DNA from: Candidatus Bipolaricaulota bacterium
Lineage (GTDB): Bacteria; Patescibacteriota; Patescibacteriia; UBA11705; DATKZF01
Direction: 5' to 3'
Assembly: GCA_035528115.1 (NCBI GenBank)
Contig: DATKZF010000003.1
Span: 551,089-615,088, forward strand
DNA length: 64,000 nt
Positions within the stretch are counted from its first letter, which is position 1. Each line of letters starts with the position of its first letter. The notes under the pieces were generated by a model that was given only the letters and a program-made list of their open reading frames with translations, ran no database searches and had not been told where the DNA came from. Positions 27,637 through 36,343 of this stretch are shown here, piece after piece. Both the position numbers and the translations under genes were made by a program.

Positions 27637-28227
27637 AAAGTTATTTTAATTTATCACAAATTTTTGAAATTACAAATAATTACGAATTGAGTTATCTAAG
27701 CTGAAGCGTTTGTATTGACAATTCCAATAAGCTTGTGCTATTTTAATCATGCGCACGCGGCTGGGTGCGCGATGTCAGCTTTCCTGCGAATCGGCCGAGG
27801 ACGATTCGCAAGCTGCGCCAGCGCCGCAAACATCCGCCTCTACCCACATCGTTTTTCCCTCTGGGGCCTCGGCCTTCTGAACCCGCTCGACTCTCATGTC
27901 TTGCGGGTTCTGTCTTTTAAATTACAAATAATTGGGTCGAAGAGGAGAATCTATGTTTTGGTTTAACTGTTTTGTCAGTAATCGGTAAACAGTAAGCCGT
28001 CAAAATGACACAGAAGAGCAGAGAGTCGAGCTCTCTGCTGGGATAGATAAAAAAGGTGTTTTGTTGGTTTATTTATTTCCTAGCGGAAAGCTTGCCTTTC
28101 CGCTCATCCCGCCAATTGACAGAACAAAAAAATCGAGCTAAGTTGAAATCGACATTGGTTCCTTTATATATAGAGAACAGCAATTTACAGGAAACACGTA
28201 AATTTAGATGAAAAATCTCTTCAAGTA

Positions 28228-28256
28228 TTGACTTTTTGTATGAATTGTGATATAAT
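28228..28256 (+). promoter_or_regulatory. Consensus sigma70 promoter (TTGACT-17-TATAAT) for the GC-rich secreted protein gene, followed by a ~190-nt structured leader
   Basis: ttgact ttttgtatgaattgtga tataat. The leader contains hairpins gggcttta/taaagccc and ccccc/ggggg next to the ribosome-binding site. Confidence 0.5.
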
Positions 28257-28456
28257 GCAAGGTCAGTATCAAATGGGGAGATAACATCTATATATCGATA
28301 ATGCCTGGAATTTTGCTTATCGGCCCCGAGCCATGTTAGCAGCCCCTCCTCTGCTGTCTGTGCTTTAAGCTGATAAGCAAGATTCCGGGCTTTATTTGTT
28401 TAAAGCCCCGAGAGAAAGTTTAACAATCCCCCGACAAGGGGGGAAAGGTCCTGATC

Positions 28457-29038
28457 ATGAAGACGACGTTGATCGTTGTGGCGGCCCTCGTGGTCGCCCT
28501 GGCCGGTTCGGACTCTTTTGCCCGCGGCAGCCGGCCACGCGGTCAGACCCCTCGTGGCCAGACCGTTCGTGGCGGCCAGACCGCCGAGCGCGCGAGCTAC
28601 CGCAACACCCCGCGCGGTCAGTCCCCTCGGGGACAGGTGGCTCGCGGCCGCGCTCCTCGTGGAGAGGTCCGCGGCGGATCCTACCGTCGTGGCGGCGCCT
28701 ACCGCCCGGCGGTGTATGGTCGCGGCGGGGTCGGCTTCCACGTCGAGTTCGGGTTCGGCATTCTGCAGCCCCGGACTGTGTACGTGGCGCCGCAGCCCGT
28801 GGTCGTGGTCTCCGCGTGCTCGTACGATGAGCCGTGGAACTGCGCCCCGGCCGGACCCTTTTCGTTTAGCGGCTCCCACTACTACTACAGCGTCGGCAAC
28901 GGCCTGTGGTACATCGTGGGGCCCAACCCGTTCTTGATCAACAAGAACCCGGGTGGCTACCCCGTCTCGGACAGGTATCTGGTCGAGGCGCGGCGTAGCT
29001 ACCTCATGCATCCGGCTGCTTACGCCGTGGTGCGGTAG
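28457..29038 (+). CDS. Secreted Arg/Gly-rich repeat protein (hypothetical); GC-rich gene
   Basis: Signal peptide MKTTLIVVAALVVALAGSDSFA, PRGQ/RG repeats, and a strong ribosome-binding site (aaggggggaaagg). The composition is strikingly GC-rich compared with the flanking sequence. Confidence 0.5.
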   Translation: MKTTLIVVAALVVALAGSDSFARGSRPRGQTPRGQTVRGGQTAERASYRNTPRGQSPRGQVARGRAPRGEVRGGSYRRGGAYRPAVYGRGGVGFHVEFGFGILQPRTVYVAPQPVVVVSACSYDEPWNCAPAGPFSFSGSHYYYSVGNGLWYIVGPNPFLINKNPGGYPVSDRYLVEARRSYLMHPAAYAVVR

Positions 29039-29067
29039 TTCCATCAACGTTTAAAGGAAAGGAGGAA

Positions 29068-29112
29068 AACAAAAGGACGCTAGGTCTTACCCTATGCGTC
29101 CTTTTTCGTTTT
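29068..29112 (+). terminator. Intrinsic terminator after the RG-rich protein gene
   Basis: aggacgc..gcgtcct hairpin followed by tttttcgtttt. A perfect 13-bp palindrome tagagacgcgccgc/ggcgcgtctcta follows. Confidence 0.5.
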
Positions 29113-29201
29113 AAATGCGCGGTCATCGGCGGCGACGCCGATGGTAGAGACGCGCCGCGGCGCGTCTCTACGCGCGGGCGTATGCCCGCGGCCGCGCCAT
29201 A

Positions 29202-31166
29202 TCACATGAAATTTTTCAAATCAACAATGGCCGCCACGACGGTTTCCATGAATTTTTTCTTTTCCGCCATGGTGAATTTTTTCAACACAAAATCAGCCGT
29301 GTCTCCCATTTTCTTTTTATCTTCGCGGGCAATGCCGAGGCGCAAGCGATGAAAATCATTTGAGCCAAGAAAATCAATGATCGATTGAACTCCTTTTTGA
29401 CCGGCTGATGATCTGCTTTTTTGAATTTTGTATTCGCCCAGTAAAAAATCGACGTCGTCGTGAATCACCAGCAAGTTGTCCAAATCAATGTTGTAGTATT
29501 TGACCAATTTTTGAACGGCTTCGCCGGAATTGTTCATGAAAGTCTGCGGCTTGGCCAAAATGATTTTATTGCCGTCGAGCCTGCCCGCGGATAGCCAGCT
29601 TTGATTTTTTTTATCCAAAATCCATCCTCCAAAATCATATTGAGCTTCTTTCTTTAATTCGTCCAAAGCCGTAAAGCCCGCGTTGTGCCTCGTCGATTCA
29701 TATTCTTTGCCAGGATTGCCCAGGCCGACAATCAATTTGGTCATATTTTTACCGCTTAATTTTTTGTTTTTCGACAAAATCGCTTCTTTGGGCAACTGTC
29801 TGCTTCTTTTCGTTAAAACCAGTTTGACGCCGCTGCCGGACAAATTGAATTCTTCCCTCAGATTGTTGAGCAAATATCGGCGATAAGAAAAAATCAAATC
29901 TTGAGGTTTATCGATAATCAAAGCGAAAGTCGGCGGATTGATATCGGTTTGATTGATTTCATAAATGAAAGCCGGTTTGGTGATGTGATTTTTCGGAGGA
30001 GGGGATTGTTTTTTAATCATCTTGGACAAAAATTTATCCAGCTGTCTTTGCGGGATGATGATTTTGCGATCTTCGTAAAGTTGAATGATCATGTCGAGCA
30101 GCCGCTTCACCTTGAAGCCTGTTTTCGCGCTGGTGAAAACAATCGGCGCCCACTTTAATTGCGGCAAAAGCGACTGATAATATTCAATATATTTTTTTTG
30201 GGTGTCTTCATCCTTCTCGGGGATCAAATCCCATTTGTTCGCGACAATGATTAGGCTGGGATGCTCGTCCATGATGACCTGCGCCAAGTTTTTATCTTGA
30301 ACGGATAATTTTTTGCTGCAATCGGTGATGAAAATGGCCACGTCGATTTCACGAATGGTGTCCAAGCTTTGTTCAATGCCCAGTTTTTCCAACTTGCCTT
30401 TGATTTTACCTTTCTTGGTCACGCCCGCGGTATCGAAAAAGCGCAAGTTGTAATTTTTCCCGGAATCGGCCGAAAAATCAATGTCGATCATCTGCCGATC
30501 TCTGGTGGTGTGCGGACGTTCATTGACAATAACTCTTTCTTCGCCGGAAATTTGATTAAAGAGAGACGATTTGCCCACGTTCGGCTTGCCGATCAAGCCG
30601 ATGGAAATTTTTTCGATTTTTTCTTTCGTCTCTTTCACTGCGGGTTTTTTAAAATTCATCTTTGACAGCATCGCATCCAAAAGATCTCCGGTGCCGCGAC
30701 CGCTGGCCGCGGATATCGCGATCGGTTCTCCCAAACCCAGTTTGTAAAATTCGGATAAATTGACCTCGTCTCTGGCCGCGTCGGTTTTATTGGCGACCAG
30801 AACGATGTTTTTTTTATTTTTTTTCTTAAGCATGCCGGCGTATTTTTTGTCTCCGGGCAAAAGTCCTTCTTTGGCATTGACCATGAACAAAATCAAATCG
30901 GCTCGCTTGATGGCTTTTTCCGCTTGGATCAGCGATTGCTTTTCAATCAAGTCCGGATCCTCGACATCCAGACCGGCGATGTCCACCATGGTCATGACTT
31001 TGCCGCGCCAAACACAGTCGCCGTATTGGCGATCTCTGGTCGTGCCGGCGATATTGGAAACAATGGCGTTTTCGGTTTCGGTCAATTTGTTAAATAAAGA
31101 GGACTTTCCAACATTGACTCGGCCGACCAAAACGACGAGCGGATTTTGATGTTTTATCTTTGACAT
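29202..31166 (-). CDS. der-pth: In-frame fusion of GTPase Der/EngA (two G-domains plus KH) and peptidyl-tRNA hydrolase
   Basis: G1 motifs GRVNVGKSS and GKPNVGKSS, then the Pth N-terminal signature MTKLIVGLGNPG..Y..TRHNAGF. It is a single 666-codon ORF with no intervening stop. Confidence 0.75.
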   Translation of the reverse strand: MSKIKHQNPLVVLVGRVNVGKSSLFNKLTETENAIVSNIAGTTRDRQYGDCVWRGKVMTMVDIAGLDVEDPDLIEKQSLIQAEKAIKRADLILFMVNAKEGLLPGDKKYAGMLKKKNKKNIVLVANKTDAARDEVNLSEFYKLGLGEPIAISAASGRGTGDLLDAMLSKMNFKKPAVKETKEKIEKISIGLIGKPNVGKSSLFNQISGEERVIVNERPHTTRDRQMIDIDFSADSGKNYNLRFFDTAGVTKKGKIKGKLEKLGIEQSLDTIREIDVAIFITDCSKKLSVQDKNLAQVIMDEHPSLIIVANKWDLIPEKDEDTQKKYIEYYQSLLPQLKWAPIVFTSAKTGFKVKRLLDMIIQLYEDRKIIIPQRQLDKFLSKMIKKQSPPPKNHITKPAFIYEINQTDINPPTFALIIDKPQDLIFSYRRYLLNNLREEFNLSGSGVKLVLTKRSRQLPKEAILSKNKKLSGKNMTKLIVGLGNPGKEYESTRHNAGFTALDELKKEAQYDFGGWILDKKNQSWLSAGRLDGNKIILAKPQTFMNNSGEAVQKLVKYYNIDLDNLLVIHDDVDFLLGEYKIQKSRSSAGQKGVQSIIDFLGSNDFHRLRLGIAREDKKKMGDTADFVLKKFTMAEKKKFMETVVAAIVDLKNFM

Positions 31167-31167
31167 A

Positions 31168-31620
31168 TTACAAATTACGAATAATTGCATCGAATAGGAC
31201 AAGCTTGGTTTAGGTTTATCTGTTTGCTACGAATTGTTGCTTCTATGTAGCTTGCCTTTGCCTTGAAATTACGAATAATTGCATCGAATAGGACAATCTT
31301 GGCTTTGGTTTAGGTGACTTATTACAAATAATTACGAATGAGGCGGGAAAGTTGATGGCTACTTAAAAAGCTAATAAGCTACAACCTATTACAAATAGTT
31401 GCGTCTGGCAGGACAAGCTGTGTTTAGACCTTAACGTTTATTGCGAATAATTACAAATGGTTACGAATTACAATAGACTATTCAGCTTTCAGGTTATTTG
31501 TTACGAATTACAATATTCTCAGGCATAAAGTTATAAGTTAATGTACTTTGTAACAATACAAATAAAGAGCCATTTAGTGAATGTAATTCGTAACGACTCC
31601 CCGGCTTCTCTGTTTCATGC
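31168..31620 (+). repeat. AT-rich tandem repeat array (attacgaataattgcatcgaataggacaagcttgg... and gttacgaattacaat units)
   Basis: Multiple 45- to 110-bp direct repeats that share blocks with arrays at 35900, 54400, 57440 and 60560. Confidence 0.65.
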
Positions 31621-31634
31621 TTCATGATACGTGA

Positions 31635-33035
31635 TCAAAGATCCTTATTATCCGCGCCCAAAATAATGTAAAAATCAGTACCAGGCGCGGCCAGTTTTTT
31701 TATCCAATCAGGTATTTCCTCCGATTTTTTAGCTTTAAGAATTGTTTCCAGCACGCCGGTCACTCCGGATTTTTCTCCTCCGGTCAGATCGTATAGCTCG
31801 GTTGTCTCATAGTCTTGCGACGGCGCGTTGCCGATTTTAATGACTTCATAACCGAGAGAAGTGAATTTGTCCGAGGTTCTGCTCGCCAGCCCGTTGACGC
31901 CCGTGCCGTTTTTAATTTCTATTTTGGCCGTTTCTTTTTGCTCAATGGCTTGTTCTTTCAAAAAAATGTTTTCCGCCGCGAATCTGATATCCGAAAAATT
32001 TTCGCTTTTTGGTTTAAGCACGAAAGCTTCTCCGTATTTGGTGCCGTACAAAAGTCCGTTGGGACTGTCATCGAGCACCAAAGTGCTGACGTTTTCCATG
32101 TCCACTTCTTGGGCGATTTTGGCCAAGTGAACGATTTCCCAAATTTCCAAATTGGTCGAGATGTTTTCGCTCAATGTTTCCATGACCTTGGATATTTTTT
32201 TCGGGCTCAGAAAGGTTTTGTACGATAAGGTTTTTTTCTGCACGGCCTCGAGTACTTTTTGTTGCCGTTTGCTTCTGGCGAAATCGCCGGACTCTCCGTT
32301 GTTGCCGTGGCGGGAGCGGACGTATTTGAGAGCTGTGTCGCCATCCATGGTCTGCCAGCCTTCTTCGAAACGAACCACTTGATATTTATCGTTTGGCGCG
32401 GGATATTGATAATCCGTAAAAGAACGATCCACGTAAACGTCAATGCCGTCCAGATCGTTTACCAGACTTTCGAAGCCGTCAAAGTCCACTCTGACGAAAT
32501 AGGGAATATCAATGTCCAAGACATCGCTGACGACTTTGGTGGTATAGATGCCGCCGGTGCCGTTCGTCTGGGCTTCGGCGAAAGCATAGGCGTTATTGAT
32601 TTTGCCTTGGCCGAAATCGGGCAAAGGCACCAGCAAGTCTCTGGGGACCGACATCATGGCCACGCGATTTTCGGACGGTTTGATGCTGATCAGCATGATG
32701 GTGTCTGTCAGGTTCGGGCCGTCGTGCCCGCTGCCGCCGTTGCCTAGCAACAGAATGTTGATGCGGTCGTCTTGCTCCCCGATCACTTGATCTTCATAGC
32801 CTTTGATCATTTGGCCGACGTTTTTGAAAAAATTAAAATTTTGGAAACTGGCGTTTTTTCCTCCCGATAGAATCACTTGAAAGGTGAAAACGGCGAAGAC
32901 CGTAAATAAAACAATGAATAAATATAAAATCAACCGGCTGACCTTGAATATTTTTTTGCCTTTCGGATTTTTGTTGTCGTCTTTATTGAGCAAGTTAACT
33001 TTGATTGTTTTGTCGATATTTTCTTTTTGCGCCAT
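31635..33035 (-). CDS. LytR-CpsA-Psr (LCP) family cell-envelope phosphotransferase
   Basis: N-terminal TM, the LCP core (ILLLGNGGSGHDGPNLTDTIMLISI, SVPRD), and a C-terminal LytR_C-like region. Confidence 0.7.
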   Translation of the reverse strand: MAQKENIDKTIKVNLLNKDDNKNPKGKKIFKVSRLILYLFIVLFTVFAVFTFQVILSGGKNASFQNFNFFKNVGQMIKGYEDQVIGEQDDRINILLLGNGGSGHDGPNLTDTIMLISIKPSENRVAMMSVPRDLLVPLPDFGQGKINNAYAFAEAQTNGTGGIYTTKVVSDVLDIDIPYFVRVDFDGFESLVNDLDGIDVYVDRSFTDYQYPAPNDKYQVVRFEEGWQTMDGDTALKYVRSRHGNNGESGDFARSKRQQKVLEAVQKKTLSYKTFLSPKKISKVMETLSENISTNLEIWEIVHLAKIAQEVDMENVSTLVLDDSPNGLLYGTKYGEAFVLKPKSENFSDIRFAAENIFLKEQAIEQKETAKIEIKNGTGVNGLASRTSDKFTSLGYEVIKIGNAPSQDYETTELYDLTGGEKSGVTGVLETILKAKKSEEIPDWIKKLAAPGTDFYIILGADNKDL

Positions 33036-33167
33036 AAATCTTTTTCTCCATGGAATTATTATAAGAGAATAATCCGTGTTTGACAACTGTGTGTAATTGT
33101 TGATTTGCTAAAATCGGGCGGCGGTGCTATAATAACCGTGTTATAAATTATTATTATTTTAAAAAAT

Positions 33168-33770
33168 ATGAGCGGAGATCCTTTTATTACCAATAAATCA
33201 AAAGGCAAGATAATTTTTGAATTCATTTGGGATTTGGCCAAGGTGGCTTGCATTTCGCTGGCCATAATAATTCCGGTCAGATATTTTTTGATTCAGCCTT
33301 TTTACGTAAAGGGCGCTTCGATGGAGCCGAATTTGCACGATCATGAGTATTTGATCATCAATGAAATCGGCTATCGTCTGGATGAACCGCAGAGAGGAGA
33401 CGTGGTGGTTTTCAAATATCCTCAGGATCAGACTCAGTTTTTTATCAAACGCGTCATCGGTTTGTCCGGTGAAATCGTTGAATTGAAAGATGGCGTGGTT
33501 TACCTGTATTCGAAAGATGAAAACGGCGAAGATAAAAGATACGTGTTGAATGAAACTTTTTATCTCGATCCTCAAATCAAAACTTGGGGCGATCGAACTT
33601 TTCAAATCGGCGAGAACGAATTTTTCGTCATGGGAGACAATAGATCGCAAAGTCTGGACTCGCGATCATTCGGCCCCGTGGACAAGGACTTGATCGTCGG
33701 CAAAGTTTGGCTGAGAGGTTGGCCGTTCGATAAGTTTCAGCTCTTTAGCCAAATCGATTACGGATTTTAA
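33168..33770 (+). CDS. lepB: Signal peptidase I
   Basis: GASMEPNL (the catalytic Ser box), RVIGLSGE, and the GDNRSQSLDSR box. Confidence 0.8.
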   Translation: MSGDPFITNKSKGKIIFEFIWDLAKVACISLAIIIPVRYFLIQPFYVKGASMEPNLHDHEYLIINEIGYRLDEPQRGDVVVFKYPQDQTQFFIKRVIGLSGEIVELKDGVVYLYSKDENGEDKRYVLNETFYLDPQIKTWGDRTFQIGENEFFVMGDNRSQSLDSRSFGPVDKDLIVGKVWLRGWPFDKFQLFSQIDYGF

Positions 33771-33790
33771 TTTTTGATAAGCAAATAATT

Positions 33791-35110
33791 ATGCCAAGAA
33801 GAAAAAAGACCGAAGATACGGCCATTAAAGTCAAATCGATCAAAACGCCCCAGCTCGTTAGGGGCATGAAAGACATTTTGCCGGTCGATCAAAAATACTG
33901 GCGTTTTTTGAACTCTCGCGTGGAGTCCATTGCCGTTGATTACAGTTACCGACGCATCGAAACTCCCATTTTGGAAAATATTTCGTTATTTACCCATGCC
34001 ATCGGCAAGCAAACGGACATTGTTGAAAAAGAAATGTTTGTTTTTCTCGATAAGGGAGGAGACAAGCTGGTCTTGCGGCCGGAAGGAACCGCGCCGATAG
34101 CCAGAGCCTACATCGATCACGGCATGTTAAATCTGCCTCAACCGGTCAAGTTGTATTATTCGGGTTCCATGTTTCGGCACGAACGTCCGCAATCTGGCAG
34201 ATTGAGAGAATTTCATCAAACCGGTTTTGAAATCATTGGCGACGGTTCGCCGGCGATTGACGCCGAATTGATTTTGATCGCTTATAATTTATTCAAAGAT
34301 TTGGGGATTGAAGTCAATGTGCAGGTCAACAGTATCGGCGAGCTGGGCGATCGGGAAAATTATCGCAAAGCTTTGCTTGATTATTATAAAAATAAAAAGG
34401 CGTCGCTGTGCGTTGATTGCAAAAAGCGCATTTTGAAAAATCCGTTGAGGCTGCTTGATTGCAAAAACCCCAAATGCGCCAAATTAAAAGAAAACGCTCC
34501 GCAAATGGTTGATTATTTATCGGATGACGCCAGAAATCATTTTTTCCGATTACTGGAATATCTGGATGAGTTGCAAATTCCTTACAACCTGAATCAATTT
34601 TTGGTTCGCGGCATGGATTATTACAATCGAACGGTTTTTGAGTTTTGGGAAAAAGAAGATACTGAAGGAAGGAACGCTCTCGGCGGAGGCGGACGCTACG
34701 ATTATTTGTTGGAAATGCTTGGAGGCCGGGAGACGCCGGGATGCGGATTTGCGGTCGGAGTCGAAAGAGCGCTCGGCGTGCTGAAAGAGAAAAGAGTTCA
34801 ATTGCCCGAAGCGTTGACTCCGGATATTTTTTTGGCGCAAATCGGAGAACAGGCCAGGCGGCGCGCCATGGGATTTTTTGAAGAATTGAGAAAATCGGGC
34901 TTGAGGGTGGCGGCCAATTTTTCGAAAGGCAGCCTGAAATCGCAGCTTGATCTCGCCAATAAATTGGGTGTTAAGATTGTTTTAATACTTGGACAGCGTG
35001 AAATAGTCGATGAAACTATTTTGATGAGAGACATGGACAGCGGTATTCAGGAAGTGGTCAATTTTAAGAAAATCATCAATGAAGTCAAGCGAAAATTGGA
35101 AAAGCATTGA
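33791..35110 (+). CDS. hisS: Histidyl-tRNA synthetase
   Basis: Class II HisRS motifs (GMKDILP, LRPEGTAP, FERALG) and an anticodon-binding C-terminus. Confidence 0.85.
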   Translation: MPRRKKTEDTAIKVKSIKTPQLVRGMKDILPVDQKYWRFLNSRVESIAVDYSYRRIETPILENISLFTHAIGKQTDIVEKEMFVFLDKGGDKLVLRPEGTAPIARAYIDHGMLNLPQPVKLYYSGSMFRHERPQSGRLREFHQTGFEIIGDGSPAIDAELILIAYNLFKDLGIEVNVQVNSIGELGDRENYRKALLDYYKNKKASLCVDCKKRILKNPLRLLDCKNPKCAKLKENAPQMVDYLSDDARNHFFRLLEYLDELQIPYNLNQFLVRGMDYYNRTVFEFWEKEDTEGRNALGGGGRYDYLLEMLGGRETPGCGFAVGVERALGVLKEKRVQLPEALTPDIFLAQIGEQARRRAMGFFEELRKSGLRVAANFSKGSLKSQLDLANKLGVKIVLILGQREIVDETILMRDMDSGIQEVVNFKKIINEVKRKLEKH

Positions 35111-35179
35111 CAAGAATCGGAATTTCAAGTAAATTAAATCAACGAATATTATCATATAAAGAAAGGAAGGTGAACTAAG

Positions 35180-35422
35180 ATGGTTGAAATAAGAAGAAAG
35201 AAAAATGAAACATTTGAAGCGATGCTCAGACGTTTCAACCGAAAAACTTTGGAGAGCGGCAAGTTGCTCCAATTTAAAAAAGTAAAATACCTGCAGCCAT
35301 CAAAGAGCCGCAACCTGCAAAAGGCCAGCACGCTGGTTAAGCTTGAAAGAAAAAAACAGCGAGAATATTTAAAGAAGATCGGCCAGCTGCCCGAAGAAGA
35401 AACAACATACAGGAGAAGATAA
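35180..35422 (+). CDS. rpsU: 30S ribosomal protein S21
   Basis: MVEIRRKKNETFEAMLRRFNRK... is the typical bS21 sequence. Confidence 0.8.
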   Translation: MVEIRRKKNETFEAMLRRFNRKTLESGKLLQFKKVKYLQPSKSRNLQKASTLVKLERKKQREYLKKIGQLPEEETTYRRR

Positions 35423-35423
35423 A

Positions 35424-35864
35424 ATGAATATCATTGAAAAAATTGAACAGGATTATCTTGAAGCCGCCAGAGCCAAAGACAAGCTGACCGTGGCTACATT
35501 GAGATTGATCAAAGCCGCCCTGAAAAACAAGCAAATAGAAAAGATGAAGGAATTGACCGAAGAAGACGCGGCGGCCGTGCTGAAAACGGAAGCCAAAAAG
35601 AGACGAGAATCGATCGAGGCTTTCGAAGCGGGCAATCGGCAAGAAATGGCCGATAATGAAAAGGCGGAATTGGCGATTATTGAAAAATATTTGCCTCAGC
35701 AGATGTCCGTTGAAGAAACCGAAGCCAAAGTCAAGGAGATTATTGAAAAAATTAAGGAAGGCGATCGCGACTTCGGCAAGGTCATGGGTTTGGTCATGAA
35801 AGAAATGAAAGGACAGGCCGACGGTCAGGTCGTTTCAGCGGCGGTAAAAAAATTCTTAAGTTAA
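35424..35864 (+). CDS. yqeY: GatB/YqeY domain protein
   Basis: YqeY family signature. It is often found immediately after rpsU, as it is here. Confidence 0.7.
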   Translation: MNIIEKIEQDYLEAARAKDKLTVATLRLIKAALKNKQIEKMKELTEEDAAAVLKTEAKKRRESIEAFEAGNRQEMADNEKAELAIIEKYLPQQMSVEETEAKVKEIIEKIKEGDRDFGKVMGLVMKEMKGQADGQVVSAAVKKFLS

Positions 35865-35899
35865 AACTTTTATAAAAATCGGCTCGGATAGGGTCGGTT

Positions 35900-36230
35900 T
35901 TTTTATCTTCATTATGGAAATATTACGAATTACAATATTCTATTTAGCTTTCAGGTTATTTGTTACGAATTACAAGATTCTGTTTAGCTTCTATGTTATC
36001 TGTTACGAATTACAATATTCTATTTAGCTTCTATGTTATTTGTTACGTATTACAATCGACTATTAAGCTTTCAGGTTATCTGTTACTAATTACAATCATC
36101 TATAGCTATATGCCTTAGAATCTTGTACTTCGTAACGATCGTTTCTAAGCCAAATGGAACCTTGTACTTCGTAACAATATAAATAAAGAGCTATTTAGTG
36201 AATGTAATTTGTAACGACGCGCGGCGTTTG
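35900..36230 (+). repeat. AT-rich tandem repeat array (gttacgaattacaat units of ~45 bp)
   Basis: About six tandem units. It ends with the conserved block aataaagagctatttagtgaatgtaatttgtaacgac, which is also present at 31560-31600. Confidence 0.7.
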
Positions 36231-36343
36231 TTGATAACTTTCCGAAAATATTCTTTTCTAAAACCGCAAAATATTGTACAATATAATCAACGACATTCGG
36301 GCTGAAAACGTCCGATGATCGGAGTTTTCGACTTGAAACAAAA

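Noticed and set aside
35900-36230. Possible CRISPR array (regular ~45-bp periodicity with a conserved gttacgaattacaat core). The arrays at 31168, 54400, 57440 and 60560 have the same pattern.
   Set aside because: The inter-core segments are not unique. They are related to each other within and between arrays (attctatttagctttcaggttat recurs). The arrays occur at ten or more loci in both orientations, and no cas genes lie nearby. This is a degenerate tandem repeat family, not a repeat-spacer array.
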